This document shows positions 60,030-64,000 of a stretch of DNA of 64,000 nt, piece after piece (the first letter of the stretch is position 1; each line of letters begins with the position of its first letter). Position numbers and translations under genes: made by a program. Below the pieces are notes generated by a model, which was not told the origin of the DNA, searched no databases, and was given only the letters and a program-made list of their open reading frames with translations. This stretch comes from Macrostomum lignano. Its lineage: Eukaryota. The DNA is taken from the NCBI GenBank assembly GCA_002269645.1, contig NIVC01002157.1:134433-198432 (forward strand), given 5' to 3'.

Positions 60030-61020
60030 ATATTGTAAAACCAACACTGACATCGAGAAGGCGAAAAAACATAGAGAAACAAGAAACCGACATCGAGAAA
60101 CCGACACCGACATCGAGAAACCGATACCGACATCGACAAACCGACACCGACATCAACAAACCGACACCGACATCGAGAAACCGACACAGACATGAAGAAA
60201 CCGACACAGTTTTTCGGGAAACGAGAAATCGACATCAAGAAACCGACATCGACATCGAGAAACCGACACCCGACATTGAGAAACAAGAAACCGACATCGA
60301 GAAACCGACACCGACATCGAGAAACCGACACCGACATCGAGAAACCGACACCGACATCGAAAGACCGACATCGACATCGACAAACCGACACCGACATCGA
60401 GAAACCGACCGACACAAATCAAGAAACCGACACCATTTTTCGAGAAACGAGAAACTGACATCGAGAAACCGACATCGAGAAACCGACATCAAGAAACCGA
60501 CATCAAGAAAACGACATCGAGAAACCGACATCGAGAAACCGACCGACACAAATCAAGAAACCGACACCATTTTTCGAGAAACGAGAAACCGACATCGAGA
60601 AACCCACATCAAGAAACCGACATCAAGAAACCGACATCGAGAAACCGACATCGAAAAACCGACATCGACATCGACAAACCGACACCGACATCGAGAAACC
60701 GACCGACACAAATCAAGAAACCGACACCATTTTTCGAGAAACTAGAAACCGACATCGAGAAACCGACATCAAGAAACCGACATCAAGAAACCGACATCAA
60801 GAAACCGACATGGAGAAACCGACATCGAGAAACCGACATCGAGAAACCGACCGACACAAATCAAGAAACCGACACCATTTTTCGAGAAACGAGAAACCGA
60901 CATCGAGAAACCGACATCAAGAAACCGACATCGAGAAACCGACATCGAGAAACCGACATCGAGAAACCGACATCGAGAAACCGACATCGAGAAACTGACA
61001 CCGACATCGTGAAACCACAC
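60030..61020. repeat. 14-20-bp minisatellite (GACATCGAGAAACC-based)
   Basis: Intronic tandem array with repeated larger blocks. Confidence 0.9.
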
Positions 61021-61112
61021 CGACATCAAACCGATATTGAAAACTTTCAATAACACTTCAAGGAAAACATATTAACATGCATCCATTTCTGGCAGGAAAG
61101 CTACGTTCTTAC

Positions 61113-61358
61113 CAGAATTTCCTCGTCGTGGTCTGGTGAGTGCACCGTGATGGAGACGGGAGGCTGGACTGGGTGACTCTTGCTCGTTGACTCAGCGGCG
61201 GATGCAGCGGCGGCGGCGGCGGCGGCGGCGGCTGCGGCCTTCTTGTCCCCTTTCTGGTCCTTCCGGCCCTTCTTGTCTTTCAGCTGCTTCTCAGCCTCCA
61301 GCTGCCTCTGACGCTCCTCCTGCTCAGCTTTCTTCTGCTCTCGGCGCTGCCGCTCTTC
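61113..61358 (-). CDS. SYTL: Synaptotagmin-like protein, charged coiled-coil / poly-Ala exon
   Basis: gtacag|GAA...CTG|gtaaga; 82 codons, EERQRREQKKAEQEERQRQLEAEKQ, phase 0-0. Confidence 0.78.
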
Positions 61359-61404
61359 CTGTACGACTGGAGAGTTCGATTGGGGCTGGGTCTGACAGGC
61401 TTAC

Positions 61405-61915
61405 AGACTGAAAAAACTTACAGACTTGACAGATTTACAGACTTGACAGACTTGACAGACTTACAGACTTACAGACTTGACAGACTTGACAGACTTACAG
61501 ACTTACAGACTTGACAGACTTACAGACTTGACAGACTTACAGACTTACAGACTTGACAGACTTGACAGACTTACAGACTTACAGACTTGACAGACTTACA
61601 GACTTGACAGATTTGACAGACTTACAGACTTGACAGACTTACAGACTTGACAGATTTGACAGACTTACAGACTTGACAGATTTGACAGACTTACAGACTT
61701 GACAGATTTGACAGACTTACAGACTTGACAGACTTACAGACTTGACAGATTTGACAGACTTACAGACTTACAGACTTGACAGACTTACAGACTTGACAGA
61801 CTTACAGACTTGACAGACTTACAGACTTACAGACTTGACAGATTTGACAGATTTGACAGACTTACAGAGTTGACAGACTTACAGACTTGACAAACTAGAA
61901 ATACAGACTTGAGTG
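61405..61915. repeat. 7/10-bp compound repeat (ACAGACTT / GACAGACTT)
   Basis: Intronic tandem array. Confidence 0.9.
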
Positions 61916-62629
61916 ACTTACAGACTAGATACAGTATACTCGTACAGACTTGACAGACTTCGACTTATTTACATACTGAGAAATTTACAGACTGACAGAC
62001 TTTTCAAACTTGATTTACAGAGTGACAGGCTTACTAATTTGACTTACAGACTCCACGATCAGAAAAATTGTCCTAACAGCACCAATGAGTCTGTTTCCCA
62101 CTGCAAGCCTCACAAGCCTCACTCTCTCAAAAATATCGTTTATAAAAGCGTTTACAGACAGACTTACAGACCTGCAAGCTGCAGAATATTGCCAGCCGAT
62201 GGGATGCGGAGCCGATTGGGATAGCGGAGGGGGTAAGTGGCGATCAAAAGCGATCGGCAGTTAAAATACGATTGCTGCATCCAGTCGGCAGGAACTCGGA
62301 GGCAATTTTTCGCTATCGATAAAAGCCCAAGTCCGGGATGAGGGGAGAGACAGAACCGCTGTCAGGCCGAGGGCAGCTAAGCCAGCTTTGTTTGAACAAA
62401 ATGAGAAAAACCGAAAGCCGGGGTAGCTCGCCTCTCATAAAGCCACTCGGACTGGCTCTGGGTCACGTATTGGAATTAGATTCTGTTGTATAGTTTGATC
62501 TGTTCTGTAAATTTTTTAGATAGGATCCTTGCACTGAGTAATGCAGGAATTTCAGATCTCACGCTTAGATCTAAGCGTCTTCGTAGAATTATAGATCTGT
62601 GCTGCTCAAGGGTGGCTAAGTGGAACACT

Positions 62630-63235
62630 AGTGTGGCAACTGGCACACAGGAATGGCAACTGGCACACTAGAATGACACACAGGAATGGCAGCTGGCACA
62701 CTAGAATGGCAACTGGCACACTAGAATGGAAAGTGGCACACTAGAATGGCACTGGCACACTAGAATGGCACACAGGAATGGCAGCTGGCACACTAGAATG
62801 GCACACAGGAATGGCAGCTGGCACACTAGAATGGCACACAGGAATGGCAGCTGGCACACTAGAATGGCAACTGGCACACTAGAATGGCAACTGGCACACT
62901 AAAATGGAAAGTGGCACACTAGAATGGCACTGGCACACTAGAATGGCAACTGACACACTGTAATGGCACACTAGAATGGCAACTGGCACACTAGAATGGC
63001 AACTGGCACACTAAAATGGAAAGTGGCACACTAGAATGGCACTGGCACACTAGAATGGCACTGGCACACTAGAATGGCAACTGACACACTGTAATGGCAC
63101 ACTAGAATGGCAACTAGCACACTAGAATGGCAACTGGCACACTAGAATGGAAAGTGGCACACTAGAATGGCATTGGCACACTAGAATGGCACTGGCACAC
63201 TAGAATGGCACTGGCACACTGTAATGGCAACTGGC
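62630..63235. repeat. ~20-bp minisatellite (GGCACACTAGAATGGCAACT)
   Basis: Intronic tandem array ending close to the donor at 63261. Confidence 0.9.
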
Positions 63236-63261
63236 ACCCAAAAAAGTAATTTGCAACTTAC

Positions 63262-63606
63262 GCCGCTGCCGCTCCGGGCCAGCGAGGCAAGCAGGATGTC
63301 CTGGCCGCTGACAACTCCCTGGCCCCGGACCGCTGTCGGGCCTCCTCGGTGAACCAGTCGCCGCTCTTGGCCGCGTTCAGCACCTCCAGGCGGCACAGCC
63401 GGCACTGAGGTTCGCTGCCGTGCACAAGGTAGACGCAGGAGCGGCAGGCCAGGTAGGCGCACCTGTTGCACACGTATCGACGGTGCACCATGTACAGCCG
63501 GGAGCCGCACAGCTCGCACAGGCTGTACAGCAGGCCGGGCTGTTCGTTCTGGTTTTGCACCCGGCTCACCTGGGCCATGGTGCGATGCAGCTCGCGGCGC
63601 AGCTTC
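63262..63606 (-). CDS. SYTL: Synaptotagmin-like protein, Rab-binding (SHD) exon with FYVE-type zinc finger; needs +1 nt at 63323-63326
   Basis: CELC...CNRC...CRSC...CRLC, SGDWF, then after the shift GQDILLASL|gtaagt. The 5' exon(s) lie off-window. Confidence 0.88.
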
Positions 63607-63639
63607 CTGCGGGTGCGGCCCAGAGAATGCGGTAGACAG

Positions 63640-64000
63640 ACAGACACGCAGACAGACACTGACGACAGGCAGCTGCGGACAGACACTGAGACAGGCAGAC
63701 GGCACAGACACTGAGACAGGCAGCTGCGGACAGACACTGAGACAGCAGCTGCGGACAGACACTGAGACAGGCAGCGGACAGACACTGAGACAAGCAGCGC
63801 GGACAGACACTGAGACAGCAGGCGGACAGACACTACAAGACAGGCAGACGGACAGACACAAAGACAGACAGGCGGGCAGACACTGAGACAGACAGGCGCG
63901 ACACTGAGACAGGCAGACAGGCAGACGGACAGACACAAGACAGACAGGCGGACAGCAGACACTGAGACAGACAGGCGGACAACTGAGACAGGCAGACAGG
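63640..64000. repeat. Degenerate CAGACACTGAGACAGG-type tandem repeat
   Basis: Intronic; runs off the right edge. Confidence 0.85.

Overview
Eukaryotic (invertebrate-like, intron-containing, minisatellite-rich) genomic DNA. The left third is AT-rich and holds the first three coding exons of an isovaleryl-CoA dehydrogenase gene (IVD, minus strand). Its intron 1 contains a young, near-intact 8.8-kb Ty3/Gypsy LTR retrotransposon (1319-10124; CAAT TSD, tRNA-Lys PBS, PPT, gag, -1 frameshift signal, PR-RT-RH-IN). The most striking feature is an extra intact ORF in the element's env position. It encodes a canonical DnaJ/Hsp40 J-domain (HPD motif), an acidic linker and an unknown helical domain, and has plausible env-like splice signals. 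A recent ~6.06-kb tandem duplication (8871-14914 / 14936-20977) copies the 5' LTR, the start of gag and IVD exon 1 with its promoter, and has a templated-insertion junction. Further right are a 3-exon Ctr/SLC31 copper transporter with a hAT MITE in intron 2, a tRNA-derived SINE, a 2-exon NET-family (noc/elbow/ZNF703) zinc-finger gene, and eight exons of a synaptotagmin-like Rab effector (minus strand). About 25 unrelated minisatellites are interspersed. Three otherwise intact genes each need +1 nt in a 4-nt homopolymer, which suggests assembly indel errors. All calls are by eye; no database searches were run.
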